Shown: positions 35,862 to 49,730, numbered from the stretch's first letter. The stretch: DNA of 64,000 nt from Lophium mytilinum (GCA_010093605.1 MU004182.1:445502-509501), one strand, 5' to 3'. Numbers and translations are program-made. The notes: a model not told the origin generated them from the letters alone.

Positions 35862-37699
35862 CTATTCAAACCTCGCAAAAACGTCCTGGCTCGCATCCAA
35901 CTCCCTCAAAATCGTCTGCTTCTTCTCCTCCCCTCTCACAACAATATTCGCATCATAGTCCTTCACGCAATGCATAAAGCCCTGTGAGCTTCCCGTCTCC
36001 GCGCTCACATCATTCACACCCACCGGCTTCTTCTCGAACTCAAACGCCCAAAGCAGCTTCGAGACCGCAATAAACAGGTTCCGCTCCGCAAGATGAATGC
36101 CAGGGCAAATGCGCCTCGACGCCCCGTAGCCGAAATGGTCACGCGCCTCCCAGTCCTTGGAGGAGGCATAGAAAGGCGCGAGTTGCGGGTGGTTCGAGTA
36201 CCGTTCCGGGATAAAGTCTTCCGGGTGGCTGAACTTCTCGGCGTCCATGTGCATGCCCCAGACGTTGAGGATGACGGTGCTGTTCTTGGGGAGACGCATG
36301 CCGTTCACGTGGTCGTCTTCTGCGAGGCCGTGAACGACGCCGAGTGGTAGGACGGGTCGCCAGCGGTGGGCTTCTTTGATGATCATGTTGATGTATGGGA
36401 GTTTGGAGAAGTCGGCCCATTGTGGGGAACGATCGGGGCCGACGACTGAATCGATCTCTGCTTGTGCTCTGCCGACGCGTTAGTAGGTATTGACATGGTA
36501 TCGTATCGAAGGAAAGGAGGCTCCTCGCGTACTTCTTTTGAACCTCTGGGTATTCCGTCATCGCCTGTAAGATGGCTAGGATGATAGAAGAAGACGTATC
36601 AGATCCACCTTCCATCAGTGTACCACCGAGATACGCAAGCTGATGTTCGTTGAACTGGTTCTTCTCTTGTTGGTCGAGAACAAGATCCATCAATGACTTC
36701 ATCTCGACGCCCTTGCTGCGACGATCTTCAACTCGATGCAATGCTTCAGTATACAGGCCAGTCATCAAGTCGCCGACCTCGGTCGCTCGCTTCTTCCAGT
36801 AACCCATGAATCTCTCCGGAATCAATTGGAGAATAGTCCAAGAATCAACGGGGGGAGTGGCGCCGGTTTCAAGAACGAGCGACCATTTCTCCATGAGGCG
36901 GTATAAGCGGTTCAAGTATTCGTCTTGAATACTCTTGGTACGGATGCCAAAGACTGAGTAGAATCAGAAGACTATAATCTTGGAATGTTTAACAAGAAAA
37001 CCCACCCAATGACATCGTAATGCTGTTACTGAACCGCTTTGGGTGCATCATATGCCCCGCCGGGTCCGTCAAGAAATCGTACAACATTTGACTAGCCTCA
37101 GCTTCTTGAACTTCCCAATGCTCTTTCTCACACCTAGACTCCATGAAGAACTGGTGGATTAATTTCCTCATTGTCCTCCAGGTATCGCCATATTGCATCA
37201 TGAGGATATGGTCTCCTCCCGTAATGAGATGGGCGACTGCAGAGGGCGGCCGATAGCTGTAGAGAGTAGATTTCTTGTCAAGAAGGTCCTTCACGAGTTT
37301 CCAGTCGGAGATGACGATGGTGGTATTGCGGAAGCGCTTGAGAGAGAAGATCCCGCCGTATTTCTTAGCCCACTTGGACATGCTGTACTTGGGAATCAGC
37401 TATTCATTTCCTCTAGTTATGAAGCTAGAGATAGCGTACAGGAAGTGCCCATCGGCTTTGGGTATTTGGTGCTCATTTCCCCACACTGGAATAGTCGGGG
37501 GTCCTGTCAGTTGTCAGCCCAACTCTTACGGATACCGTTCAAGATCTCAAGACCATAGATACGTACCAGGGGGAAGGTCCCTTTCGCGTCGTCCAACAGA
37601 AAGGAGAGACCAAAGTGTGAAAAGTAAGCCAGACACCGCAACGGCGGCGGCGACTGCTCTTGGAGTGAGCTCAGTTCCAAAGAGGAGTGTATCTAGCAT
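35862..37699 (-). CDS. Cytochrome P450, CYP619-like (AtE/PatH/PatI type, multi-exon)
   Basis: N-terminal TM segment followed by LPPG-P, I-helix EGGSDT, EAHRWRP, PERY and heme-binding FGYGASRRICPG. Confidence 0.92.
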
Positions 37700-38831
37700 T
37701 TTGGCGGGGTTGAATTCGAGCCGTAGGGGTGTCTGGTTCATTAATCATGTGAGGTCGGCAACTATAATACTTCAGAATGAAACGCCTTCAATGCAGCTCG
37801 AATCCTACTACATCATAGCTACCAATATCATTCCTTCAATGGTGCTCCGCAAACCGTGCCATCTCTCCTTCCATTGGTACAGAGCTTGTGGCTAAATGCG
37901 GCATCGGACTACGTTCACTTCCTTTCCATCATTCGCTTACTCCCGTGTGTAGTCAAATCGACGATCCTAGCTACCTTCCCCAAGGAGCGATCCGAGTGCC
38001 ATGTGTGGGTGGAGACAGCGCATTGACTAGATCCGTATCTTTGGCACATTGGTGGCAACTTGGCATGGATGATCTTACAGTCAGGGGTCAGGGTGTGGCG
38101 CATTCGAAGCGTTACATCTCGATGTCGTGCAGAGGTGAGGTCTTTGCTATCACGTATCACGTGAGCGTCACATGACTAAGATCCTTGAATGGCACGCTAT
38201 CTGACCCCAATTTCTCTATTGAGCTCTCCAATACGGCGCCATTAGTTCAGTTTGTCATTAGAATGACAAGGGTCTTGCTTTTTGATATCTTGTCCTGTCC
38301 TTCGGTAGTTGGGTAGGTTCCCAAGCTTCGGTGACCGAACGTAGGCGACAGGCAACCCGGGAACATCCCGATCAAGGGCAAATATACCCGAGGAATAAGT
38401 GTACCAGAACTTCTTAGAGCCGAGGCAAGGTGCGCTAAAAGATATGTCTCTCACGCACGTGCGCTTTGAGTTGTCAACGTTCAAGTGATCCAAAAGGTCA
38501 GGCCAACTTCTTAGGAAACCCTTAGCAAAGAGGTGGACTCTCAATTAGATTTCTCTTGAATCAACTTCCCTGGTATACTTGAGAGTGATCTGTGAGCACT
38601 AAAAGGCGACTGCACAAAATAGTAAATTTATACCTAGCAGATCAAAACACATAAGTTTCCAAAAGGCACATTCGGAATATCAGATTCAACTTCTGGTACT
38701 GGACAGTGGAGAATGTTTGGTGCATTTTGAGTTATATCTTCTTCTGCCTCGGAAGAAAGCGCAACCTATCAACGCTATTACCGTTTAAAACCACATTTCT
38801 GGTATATGATCACTGAAACATCTTTAATCCA

Positions 38832-39921
38832 TCACACCCTCTTACGAAGAGGGGTTACCGTATCACCATTCAAGGCGCCATTGACTTCCCCTTTGACGTG
38901 AACCTTCGCCTTCCTCGACGTAGGAGACTCATCTCCATACATAACCTCGTTGACGCCATTGGTACTCTGCGAGCTCCGAAACGTCTCAGTCATATCGGTG
39001 ACCAACTCCTCGTACTCCGCATTCGTAGGCTTGGGATGGCTAGACATCTCTACCTGCTTCTCCCACGACGGCTTGTCGGCATAGCTCTCATGCACATTCC
39101 ACCTTGTGAAGAAGTTCCCTTTCATCTTCGAGACCGCAAAGTCCCAGTCTGTCGTGTACTCCTTGAAGAAAGGTTTGTAGCCTAGTAGTCCGCCGAGCCA
39201 GCGGCCGATGATCACGCAGGCCCAATAACCAAAGAAGGTGCGGAAGGGCATCCAAGCGGGTGCAGGTGTGTAGTGATCGCCTGCGTCGTGAATCTGTAGT
39301 GTTCAGATCAGTACCCATAGTACCAGGGATATGAATGTACTTACCTGAAGCGTCTGGATCAAGTCCAAGCCTCCACGATAAAGCAAAGCATCATGCCAAT
39401 AGCCGTACCAATTCTCGAAGAACACGCGATCGAGCTGATAATCCATCCCCGTATCACTTGCGCTCAACAAAATGGTCATTTTTTCGGGACTGTCTGGATG
39501 AATGTAGAACGCGTGCACATTCCCCGGCTTACAGCTAATCTCTTCATCGTCGGGGGTTACATTGCGTGGCACACCATTGATTTCGACGATGCAGATCCCC
39601 TCCTCGACTTTAAAGTACTCGGTCTGGAACTGGTGGAAGTGGGTTGGTGGGCCTTTTGGCTTTCTGGGGTCTGCGATCAATCTGCGGAGGTTATCGGGGA
39701 TGGGTCCTTCGACGTTATGGCGGTAAGTTTGACGCATCTGAAAACTGCGGCCAATGGGAGCAGGCATGAACTCTGAAGTCAAGAGACCCCCGAATCTTGT
39801 GATGATGTTAGAGCCGCACCTTCAATGAAGAGATCATGAAAGCTCACTTCTTGACCTCCGTCTGCCCCACCGAGTTGTGGTAGGGGATGATCGGGTTTGG
39901 AGAGTACAGAGTGTGCCCCAT
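38832..39921 (-). CDS. atD: Cupin-domain oxidoreductase/epoxidase, AtD/PatJ-like (3 exons)
   Basis: [37 protein letters not shown] and HDAGDHY. Introns 39796-39847 and 39294-39344. Divergent from the PKS. Confidence 0.82.
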
Positions 39922-41156
39922 TTTCGTGTACTTAATGATTGGCCCTTCAAAATAGCCGAATGCTCGATATTTCGTTGTGTAAGAAAAAAGTCGTTGAAAT
40001 GCAGTACTATACCGTCCGTAGTCTTGACAGAAGGGCTCAGCTTACTCTCATGGCTCTGGCAAATGATATATTCCAGAGTCGTTCATTACGCATTTGCGGA
40101 TTGCAAAGTATGGAATGAAGCCGCCCCACACTAGATAGTAAAGACGTCTCAAAAGCTTAATTCTCGGACGACTCCTACTATACATGATCCCGAGTACCTG
40201 CATGGGTAATGATCATCGCATGGCTATCCGGAACCTCAACCGGGAAGGGATCGTCTCTGACGGCAGTCAGCATCTGCATCAAGCAGGGAGTAAATCGATC
40301 TTTTCGCTCTTGCCTAGTACCTTGTTGCAATCCCTATACATGACAGCATGCGATGTACCTCAAATGGATGAACCTACTGAACGGAGGGTTCGCGAACTAC
40401 GTTTCCAGGTCGGTTACGCGAGGATCCCCGGCTCGGCCCGCACAGCCACAGCCGTGCTATCAAGCCACAAGCATGCTGCCGTTCGTGACGTAGTACAGCC
40501 CGATCATAATCGCTGAAGATGCCGTGATGTCGAGTATCTCGATTCACGGGAACCTCTCTACATTTCCGCAAACGAGCTTGCATCTCAAGTTTGACTACCG
40601 CCTGAGACAGTTCCACGTAGTCGCCCCCACTCAAGCGTGTAGATACTACATCGGAAAGATTATCAAGCCCGATCGAGTAGCAGTCTCTGGTATTCATTCG
40701 TGTTCATGCGGGCCGAATGCACCTAACAGAGCCTCGGACTACTAGCAAAGTTGCGGATGAGGCTATTCGGGGCTTCTCATGGCTCGCATCTTCCTTGCAA
40801 TGATGCGAACTAAGCTTAAAATGTCAAGCCCGAAGGTTTTGAGAGCGGTTCGGAGCTATCCAAGCTGTTTCAGGAATGTGGGTGGTGTTGAGGCATGAGA
40901 AAGACGACTGACGTCGATGTAGAAACTCCAAGCGATGTTTGAACGCTCAGCTCTTGTTATAAGAAGGGACTGTAGCACGACTAGGCCAGATCAACTTGCT
41001 GTAATAGCATTACTTTTCAGATCAGGACTGAACATTTCTTCAATGTACTGATAGATTCTTGTTTCTCATCTATCCTAGCCGCCATAGACTTCTACTATTC
41101 GCCCATCTTAGACCCCATTATTCTAGATCTTTGTCTTTCCAGCACCCAGACTCAAC

Positions 41157-44100
41157 ATGCCTGCCACATCCACCCCCCAATCCCCGTCATCCACTGTCTC
41201 GTCTACCCCGTCGTGGGACAGCAGCAGACAGCGAGCAGGGAATGAGACTCCCTGGACAGAAGTCAGCGAAGATGTTAGTGATCGTCCTACTCCTCATCTA
41301 AATCCTCCCAAGTCCGCCTTATCGCCACTATATACCCCCCCCACCCCCATCAGCTTTTCTTAGTACACTCCCTTCTCTCATCGGCACATCCCCACTGACA
41401 CCACCGCAAAGGGCTCCACCACCAACGTCGCCATCGTCGGCCTCGGCTGCCGCGTCTCCGGCAACAACAACTCCCCCGAGGAACTCTGGTCCACTATCCT
41501 CCAGAAACTCGATACGTCTTCAGAAATCCCCGCCGCACGATGGGAGCCCTATCTCCGCCGCGACGCACGCAATGCCAAAACCCTCGCCAACGTCACAAAA
41601 CGCGGCTACTTCCTCTCCAACCTACCTGCCTTCGACGCCGCCTTCTTCGGTATCTCTCCCAAGGAAGCCGAGCAAATGGATCCGCAGCAGCGCCTCTCCC
41701 TCGAAGTAACGTGGGAAGCGCTCGAGAACGCCGGAATCCCGCCACAGAGTCTATCTGGGTCGGATACTGCCGTGTTTATGGGCGTGAACAGTGATGACTA
41801 TTCGAAGCTGTTGCTGGAAGATATCCCAAACGTGGAGCCATGGATGGGGATTGGAACCGCGTATTGCGGCGTTCCCAATCGGATTTCTTACCATATGAAT
41901 CTGATGGGCCCGAGTACGGCGGTTGATGCGGCGTGTGCGAGCTCGTTGGTTGCGATCCATCACGGTGCCCGAGCTATCCTGGACGGAGAATCGAAGGTCG
42001 CGATAGCTGGCGGTGTCAATGCGCTGTGTGGTCCTGGCCTGACCAGTGTTCTGGATAAGGCCGGGGCTACGTGCAAGGAGGGGTCTTGCAAGTCTTTCGA
42101 CGACTCGGCGAATGGGTATGGGAGAGGGGAGGGTGCTACGGTGGTTATCCTGAAGCGCATGGAGGATGCTGTCAAGGACGACGACAACATCATCGCCGTC
42201 CTTCGGGGCTCTGCTGTCGGTCAAGATGGTAAGACCAACGGCATCATGGCGCCGAATGCCAAAGCCCAGGAACGCGTCGCCAGGAAAGCTCTCTCTGTCG
42301 CCGATATCGATCCCTCAACCGTGGGCTACGTTGAAGCACACGCCACGTCCACCTCTCTCGGCGACCCCACCGAAGTAGCTGCTATCTCTGCCGTCTACGG
42401 GCAAGGCCGACAAAATGACCCTTGCTTCATTGGTTCCGTGAAACCCAACATCGGTCATCTCGAAGCTGGTGCTGGCGCTGCAGGCTTCATCAAAGCAGCC
42501 CTGGCGGTCAATAAGGGAATTCTTGCACCGCAAGCTAACCTCACCACGCTTAACTCCAAGGTCGATTGGAAGAAAGCTGGAGTACAAGTCGTCCAAAATA
42601 CAACTGCATGGCCAGAATCTGAGGAGGTTCGACGAGCTGGCATCTGCTCCTACGGATATGGCGGCACCGTTTCCCACGCAGTCATCGAGCAGTACATTAA
42701 GCCGCAGCATCCCCTAGCTGAAGACAGGGAAACGAGTGGTCCTCGGATCCTGCTCCTCTCTGCGCCTCAAGAGAAGCGTCTCGCCATCCAGGCTGGCACC
42801 CTACAGGAATGGATCGCTTCGGACGACGGGAAGCAGGACGACCTTACCTCCATCGCCAATACCTTGAGCACTCGTCGAGGCCATCACGACTACCGCGTCG
42901 CCTTCGTCGTCGACAGCCACGATGATGCTGCTGCAACCCTCAAAGCCTTCGCCGAAGATTCTGCAAACGAGTGGACCACATCAAGCCGATCCCTTGGTGC
43001 CAACAAGCCAGTCGTGTGGGTATTCTCAGGGCATGGCGCTCAGTGGAAGAACATGGCGAAGGAGCTCATCGGCAACCCCGTCTTCTACCGTGCCGTCAGC
43101 GCCCTCGACCCGATCGTACAAACTGAGATGGGCTTCTCCGCCCTGGAAGCGCTCAAGGCCGGAGACTTCGAGACCTCAACCCAGGTGCAGGTCTTGACTT
43201 ACATTATGCAGGTCGGGCTCACGGCTGTCCTCCGATCCAAGGGCATCAAGCCTGACGCAGTGATCGGCCATTCCGTTGGTGAGATTGCTGCAACGGTGGC
43301 GGCGGGCTCGCTATCTCCTGAAGAGGGCGCCCTCATCGTCACTCGCCGCGCGAACCTCTACAGCCGTGTTGCAGGCTCAGGGGCAATGATTCTCGTCAAC
43401 AAACCCTTCGCAGAGATGCAAGAGAAGCTAAGTGGTCGTTCTGACCTGGCTCCCGCTATCGATTCTTCGCCATCATCTTGCGTAGTATCTGGAGAGAAGA
43501 AGTCAGTCGAGGAGTTCACCGAAGAGCTGAAGACACAAGGTGTGAAGGCATTCCGTGTCAATACTGACATTGCCTTCCACCATCCCATGCTCGAGACTCT
43601 TCGCAAGGACCTCACCACCGCTCTTACAGGTGCTATCAAACCGCAAGCGCCTAAAGTGCCACTCTACTCCACCTCGCTCTCCGATCCTCGCGGCGACGCT
43701 CTTCGCGATGTCAGTTACTGGCTGGAGAACATGATCCACCCTGTCCGCCTCACCTCCGCGGTTGGTGCAGCGCTTGAAGACGGTCTCAGAGTCTTCCTCG
43801 AAGTCTCCACGCACCCTATCATTGCGCACTCGATCAGCGAAACCATCATGGACAAGGGCATCGAAGACTTCAAAGTCGCCAACACCATGACGCGGAACAA
43901 GCCCTCGGAGAAATCGATCCTCTCCAGTATCGCTCAACTGCATTGCAACGGTGCTGCTGTAGATTGGAAGAAGCAGATGGGGACTCAATGGTCGACCGCT
44001 GTGCCTCTTACGACATGGAGCCACAAAGATATCTGGCGGAGCATTGAGACCGGCCCTTTGAATGCCTCTACGACGCATGATGTAGATAAGCATACTCTCC

Positions 44101-46637
44101 TGGGCGAACGGTCTGCAATTGCGGGCGAGAGCACAGTTGTATACCGCACCGTCATCGACGACCAGACGAAGCCGTTTCCTGGAAGCCATCCGCTACACGG
44201 CTCAGAGATCGTGCCAGCAGCTGCCCTTTGCAACACTTTCTTGCATAGCACCGGAGCGACCACGCTCTCCAACATCATTCTCCGTGTCCCAGTCGCAATC
44301 AGCCAGAAGCGCGATATTCAAGTCGTGGTTCACCCAGGCCAAGTCAAGATTTGCTCGCGCCTAACCCAAGACAAGGGGGAGCAGCAAGATGACGCCTCTT
44401 GGCTTACCCACACAACCGGTCGATGGGCCTTGGACACTACACCCGTGGAGCCCGAGGTGTTCGACGTTGAAGCTATCAAGTCGCGCATCGGAGCGAAGCT
44501 CGCGGACAACTTCTCCATCGACTACCTCGACAAGGTCGGCGTCTCTGCCATGGGATTTCCATGGGCTGTGACCGAGCACTACGGCAACCTGAAAGAGATG
44601 ATTGCACGTGTGGACGTCTCTCCTGAGACTGCTGCTGGCGAGGCTTTGCCGTGGGACGAGTATTCGTGGGCCCCCATTTTGGATGCTGCGACGTCCGTTG
44701 GCTCTACGATCTTCATGGACAAGCCTGCTCTTCGCATGCCGGCGCAGATTGTGAAGGTGTTCAAGTACACGAGCCAGCCACCACCAAAAGTAGGCTATCT
44801 ATACGTTGAAGAAGCTACGGATACCTCTCTAGCCGTGCACGTTACCGTTCTCAACGAAGAAGGGGTAGCAGTCGCCAAGTTCCAGTCGATGCGATTCTCC
44901 GAAATCGAAGGGACTCCTGGTGTCAGTGGCAGTGTGGAAAGCCTAGTCCACCAGCTTGCTTGGCCCCCGGCTACATACAGCGAAGAAGCACTCCCTATCG
45001 ACCATGTAGTGCTCATCTCTCGCGACCTCGAGCTCTCAGAGAAATACGCCATCTACCTCAGCGACCGAGTGAGCTCCGTCACCACCTTGACGTCTGCCAA
45101 CCAGCTCTCTGCACAGGGAGTGAGCGAGAAGGGCACTGCCATCGTATACGTTCCCGGCCGCGTCACTTCGCAAGAGCCGCTCGCAGCCGTCTCGCAGTCC
45201 TTCATCTTCGAGCTCCTCGACATCGTCAAGTTCGTCGTCAACTCCGAGCTCTCGGCCAAGGTCTTTGCCTTAACCGACCGCGTCTCTACGAGCGAAACGA
45301 TCACAGGTCTCACACAGTCGCCTCTCCACGGTCTCACTCGGATCATCGCGTCCGAGCACCCCGAAGCCTGGGGCGGATTGATCGACCTAGAAGCCCCCAT
45401 CTTCCCACTAGAAACAATGAAATACGTCCGTGATGCCGACAACATCCGAATCGTTGACGGTATTCCACGAGTAGCTCGACTACGCTCGCTCCCCAGGGAG
45501 AAGCTCCTGCCAGCCGCCGAACAAACAGGCCTCACCATCCGGCCTGAAGGCACATACCTCGTCACGGGAGGCCTTGGAGCACTCGGTTTCGAAGTCGCCG
45601 AATTCCTCGTCGAAAAGGGTGCTCGCCGCCTCATTCTCGTGTCTCGCCGCGGCATGCCCGCACGCAGCCAATGGCCTTCACTGCTGAAATCAGACTCGCC
45701 CCTCGCGCCAGCCCTAAAGCGTATCCAGCTTCTCGAGTCCCACGGCGCAGTCGTCTACACCCTCGCGGTCGACATGTCCGCCCCCGACGCCGAATCCCGC
45801 CTCCGCTCCGCCATCGACACCCTCCCTTTCCCCCCCGTCACCGGCGTTGTCCACGCCGCTGGCGTGCTAGAAGACGAGTTGGTGCTCAACACAACCGCCC
45901 CCTCCTTCCAACGCGTCCTCGCCCCCAAAATCACCGGCGCGCTCGCCCTAAACTCCCTCTTCCCCATCGGTTCCCTCGACTTCCTCACCCTCTTCTCCTC
46001 CTGCGGCCAGCTCTTCGGCTTCCCGGGCCAAGCCTCCTACGCCTCAGGCAACGCCTTCCTCGACGCGCTCGCCACGCACCGCCGCAAACTCGGCGACAAC
46101 GCCATCGCGCTGCAATGGACCAGCTGGCGCGGGCTGGGCATGGCCGCCAGCACCGACTTCATCAGCGCCGAGCTCGCATCCAAAGGCATCACCGACATCA
46201 CGCGCGACGAGGCCTTCCGCGCCTGGCAGCACGCCGCCAAGTACGACATGGACCACGCCGTCGTGCTCCGCGCGCTGCAGCTCGAAGCCACCGAGCCGCT
46301 GCCCAGCGTGATGCTCGCGGATATCGCGCCGCGGAAGCAGGCGGAGGCGGGGGCTGCGGCGCCCGCGGCGAGTGCGGAGGCGGTGCCGACGGATGCGGCG
46401 GGGAAGAAGGCGTATCTGGATGCGAAGATTCGGGAGTGTGTGGCGAAGGTGCTGCATAGCAGTGCTGATGAGGTGGATTCGAAGGCGCCGTTGAGCGATT
46501 TGGGGGTGGATAGCGTGATGACGGTGAGTTTGAGGAGTCAGTTGCAGAAGACGTTGGGGGTCAAGGTGCCGCCGACGCTAACGTGGAGTTGTCCTACTGT
46601 GGGGCATTTGGTTGGGTGGTTTGGGGAGAAGGTTTGA
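41157..46637 (+). CDS. atX: 6-methylsalicylic acid synthase (partially reducing PKS, KS-AT-TH-KR-ACP), ~1780 aa
   Basis: KS DAACASS, AT GHSVG, thioester hydrolase [25 protein letters not shown] and YASGN, ACP GVDSV. Intron 41274-41411 joins a 39-aa first exon in frame. Confidence 0.96.
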
Positions 46638-47109
46638 GGGGGGTGGAGAAGGGGGGGAAGAGGGAGAGGGTTTGGTGGGTGAGATAAATTGAGGCGACTG
46701 TTTTCCTTTTCGTTGTAATTTGTTGTATATCTCATTTTGTCGCTAGAACGTTACTGTAGATTGGAGGTGGAGTTCTTCTTTGGAAATGGAAAGTGTTATT
46801 TTACCTGTACTGCAGCTCGCAAGTCAAAAGTCCGTAAACTCCTGCTCGCCGTCGTCTGAGGTCCTTCAATGCATCATCAGAAATTTGAAAAAGATGTATA
46901 ACTTAAAACAACGCAGATTAGAGAGGCCGTAACCCCGTGCAGTCGGCCTGTTCCACTGGTGTCTTCAGGGTGGCTCAGCGTCTTGTCTCATCCGGATCCG
47001 GGAACAAGACTTGAAGTGATTGCAAGTAGACAGACTTATATAGTAGTCCTGTAAAATAATTTACCATTGATAAACGCCAGAAAATGCATCGTGATATAGA
47101 GCTCAAGCG

Positions 47110-49730
47110 TTACGCTCCACTGCCAGTATCTCCCGGCCAAACGCTGAAATCCTGATCCCAATCCATGTTCTGAACGGCATTCTGCATATCAACCGACGCC
47201 AGCATATCCGCTGAGAAATCCATCGACATGGGCGCGGAGGTGAACGGAAGGGGTTCCGCAAAGACCGCGTTCATGTCGCCCGAAGGAAAAGTAGCACCAA
47301 ATGTTGAAGCGTAATCGGAATCTAGGTTTGAAGGATTATTTGAAGGGATACTTGAAGGGAAATCTGAAGGGATATTTGAAGAAGAGAGATCGGGTGGGAA
47401 GCTCATCAATGAGGACGTGGGTATGAACGCGGCATTTTGGGGTGGTTGTGCTTGCGTCATCCATGACATCGAACCTCTAGGCTGCGCGATCGACTGCTGG
47501 GTGACTGGGGTGCTATTGCTTGATCCTCGGGAGTGGGAGATCTGGGGCGATGTGGAGAAGCTGCCGCTGCTCGTCCGCGCCGCAGACTGTTGCGTCACAG
47601 GCGTGTTGTTCCCGGATCCCCTCGGGTTTTGTATTGGGGCGGGTGCGGGACTCGGAAAGTTGCTGCGGAAGGTACCCAAAGCATCGCCACTCGTACTGCT
47701 CAGTTCCCGCAAAATCCTTGCTGCGTTATTTGCTGGTGATATTCCATGCGCAGCAAAAACCCCAAATGCACGTATTGCAGTTGAAACCGCCTTGCGGGCG
47801 GAGGCTGTGTGAGGACATAGAGGCCTTGCGAAGGTGAAGCCCACAACCGTAACAGAGGCTTCCCATAAGAACTGGTATGCTCGATGCCAGGATGTCAGCA
47901 GGTCAGTTTCGATCATCGCCTGATCAATGATATAAATGGTCGCTATCCCGTGATTGAGAGCTGAGACAGCGTTTCCAACCGATAACGTAGAGATACTGGG
48001 CCCAAGAGATTCGGGGTCCGCATTTGGAGTTGGATATTTGATGAAAGTGCGGCAGAGGCAGAGAAGAGCATTGTGGTATAGCAGCTCCAGAAGGAGGCGC
48101 TGACGTTGTAGCCAGATGGGCGCAAACGCGTCAAATTGGACTTGATATCGCGTTGCAGAAAAGGCTTCTCCGCCATCTTTACGAGATAATTTGAGTGCTG
48201 GAGGGACACCGCTGATCCAAGGCTGGAGCGATGCGAGACTTTGCCGCAGCGAAGAGGCAGATGCCTCGAGTACGCCGGGGTTCGAGTATAGAGAAGCAGT
48301 AGGCTGCACCGCTAACAGCTGATCGCATTTGGCGGAAAAGGAGACTGAGATGGTGCGAATCACGCCCATTAGCTTCACATATTGGTTGTGGCAGGTAAGC
48401 CAATTGATTCCCTCGTAATTGGTGTTGCTGGTGTCAACCAAGGCCACAGCGTGCGGATCGTTTTCCCACGGCTCGGTGGTGCCACCTGGCCCGGGCCAGG
48501 GAATCAAAAACGGCCGGCCGAGATCGAGACTGCATTTTGAATCTAGGTAGAAGAGCATCAACCACAGCCGTCGCAAAAGCGACCTTTGGGAGGCCGGGAG
48601 CTCTTCTGGAAGTTCATGATGCAAGCCCAGGGCACAAGCTACATGTACAGCAGCTGATAGCACCCCGTGGGCTTGCGGTAGTAACGAGCAGTTGATGAGG
48701 AAGATTATCGAATAAATGTGGACTTGCAGCGTCGAAATAGACGGGCCGTCCTGCTCACTTCGTACTAGGTTCTGGCTTCGATCGTACAACCATCTGCCCA
48801 GCTGGGTTGCACCACCAAAGTCAACCTCGGTGGCGGGAACACTGGACGCCAGAGCAGCAGTGCTGAACTGGATGCATAGGGCAAGGATTATGTCCACCAG
48901 CGCGGAGGGTTGCCGCGCCGTCTCGATTGGAGACGACCCTTGCGAAAGCCACAGGGTATTGTAGTGGTTACGAAACTCAGCTTCGTCCAGCACGGGGAAC
49001 ATGCTGTGATACGACTGCCAAAACATGTCTATGAGACCTTCTTCTTGGGGTCGGGACAGCAATACTGCTGTGCCACCCTCGGCAGTTGGGTGAGAAGAAG
49101 GGGTGGTGATCGCCTGCATGGCTTCTGCAAGCCGCGGTTGGTTGCAGCTTGAAGCCAGATACCCGCCTAGTCGGTACAGGAAGAAATTGAACGATGTGGG
49201 CCCATAGTATTGTGCCTGCTTTGTATTGGGGTCCGTCTTCCAAAACCCTACCCAGCTCTTGGCGGAGCGTCTGTCGAAAGAATGCTGGCTCTCTGGACTT
49301 GTCGTGTCTACCGAGTCTGGCGGCGATGGCAGAGCACCCGTTGCGGTAGAAGCAGCTGGACTCGATAGAGCACTCTTCTGCTGCAGCTGGGCCTCTAGCT
49401 CGTTGACCCGAGATCTCAGAGTTTCCACATCCCTAGCGTGCCGACGCGTTAGTTGCGTGTTCAACCCCGCAAAAAGTACACTGTATAAAGTCTGAAATCA
49501 GGTATATACACTCACCTATCGGGGTGCTCTCCCGGGCGGCCCTTGCAGCACTCCACACCTTTCACGCGGCAGTGCTTGCAGGGCTGGCCGTCGTCGCACT
49601 TGATTCGGTTTGCCCTGCAACGGTCGCAAGCTCGAGCGGCGACATTCCTCCTGGGACGCGAGGAGGTCGGTGCGCCATTGGTTTGACTCTTGCTCCGGGC
49701 GTCCATGGACGAGGTGAAGGTCGCAAACAT
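47110..49730 (-). CDS. Zn(II)2Cys6 cluster-specific transcription factor, AtF/PatL-like (2 exons)
   Basis: ACDRCRANRIKCDDGQPCKHCRVKGVEC. Intron 49433-49515. Fungal-TF middle region (ACALGLH..RRLWLMLFYLD..LGRP). Confidence 0.9.

Larger units (their letters stand above)
22502..49730. other. 6-MSA-derived biosynthetic gene cluster of terreic acid/terremutin type
   Basis: Co-located 6-MSA synthase, FAD monooxygenase, P450, AtD/PatJ-like cupin, GMC oxidoreductase, MFS transporter and Zn2Cys6 transcription factor. Confidence 0.8.

Noticed and set aside
41751..46459. Antisense and alternate-frame ORFs inside the PKS and other genes
   Set aside because: Shadow ORFs expected from high GC and codon bias.
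22502..49730. Patulin or yanuthone cluster
   Set aside because: The window lacks a 6-MSA decarboxylase, a second P450, isoepoxydon dehydrogenase, an ABC transporter and a prenyltransferase, and has an AtA-like monooxygenase instead.
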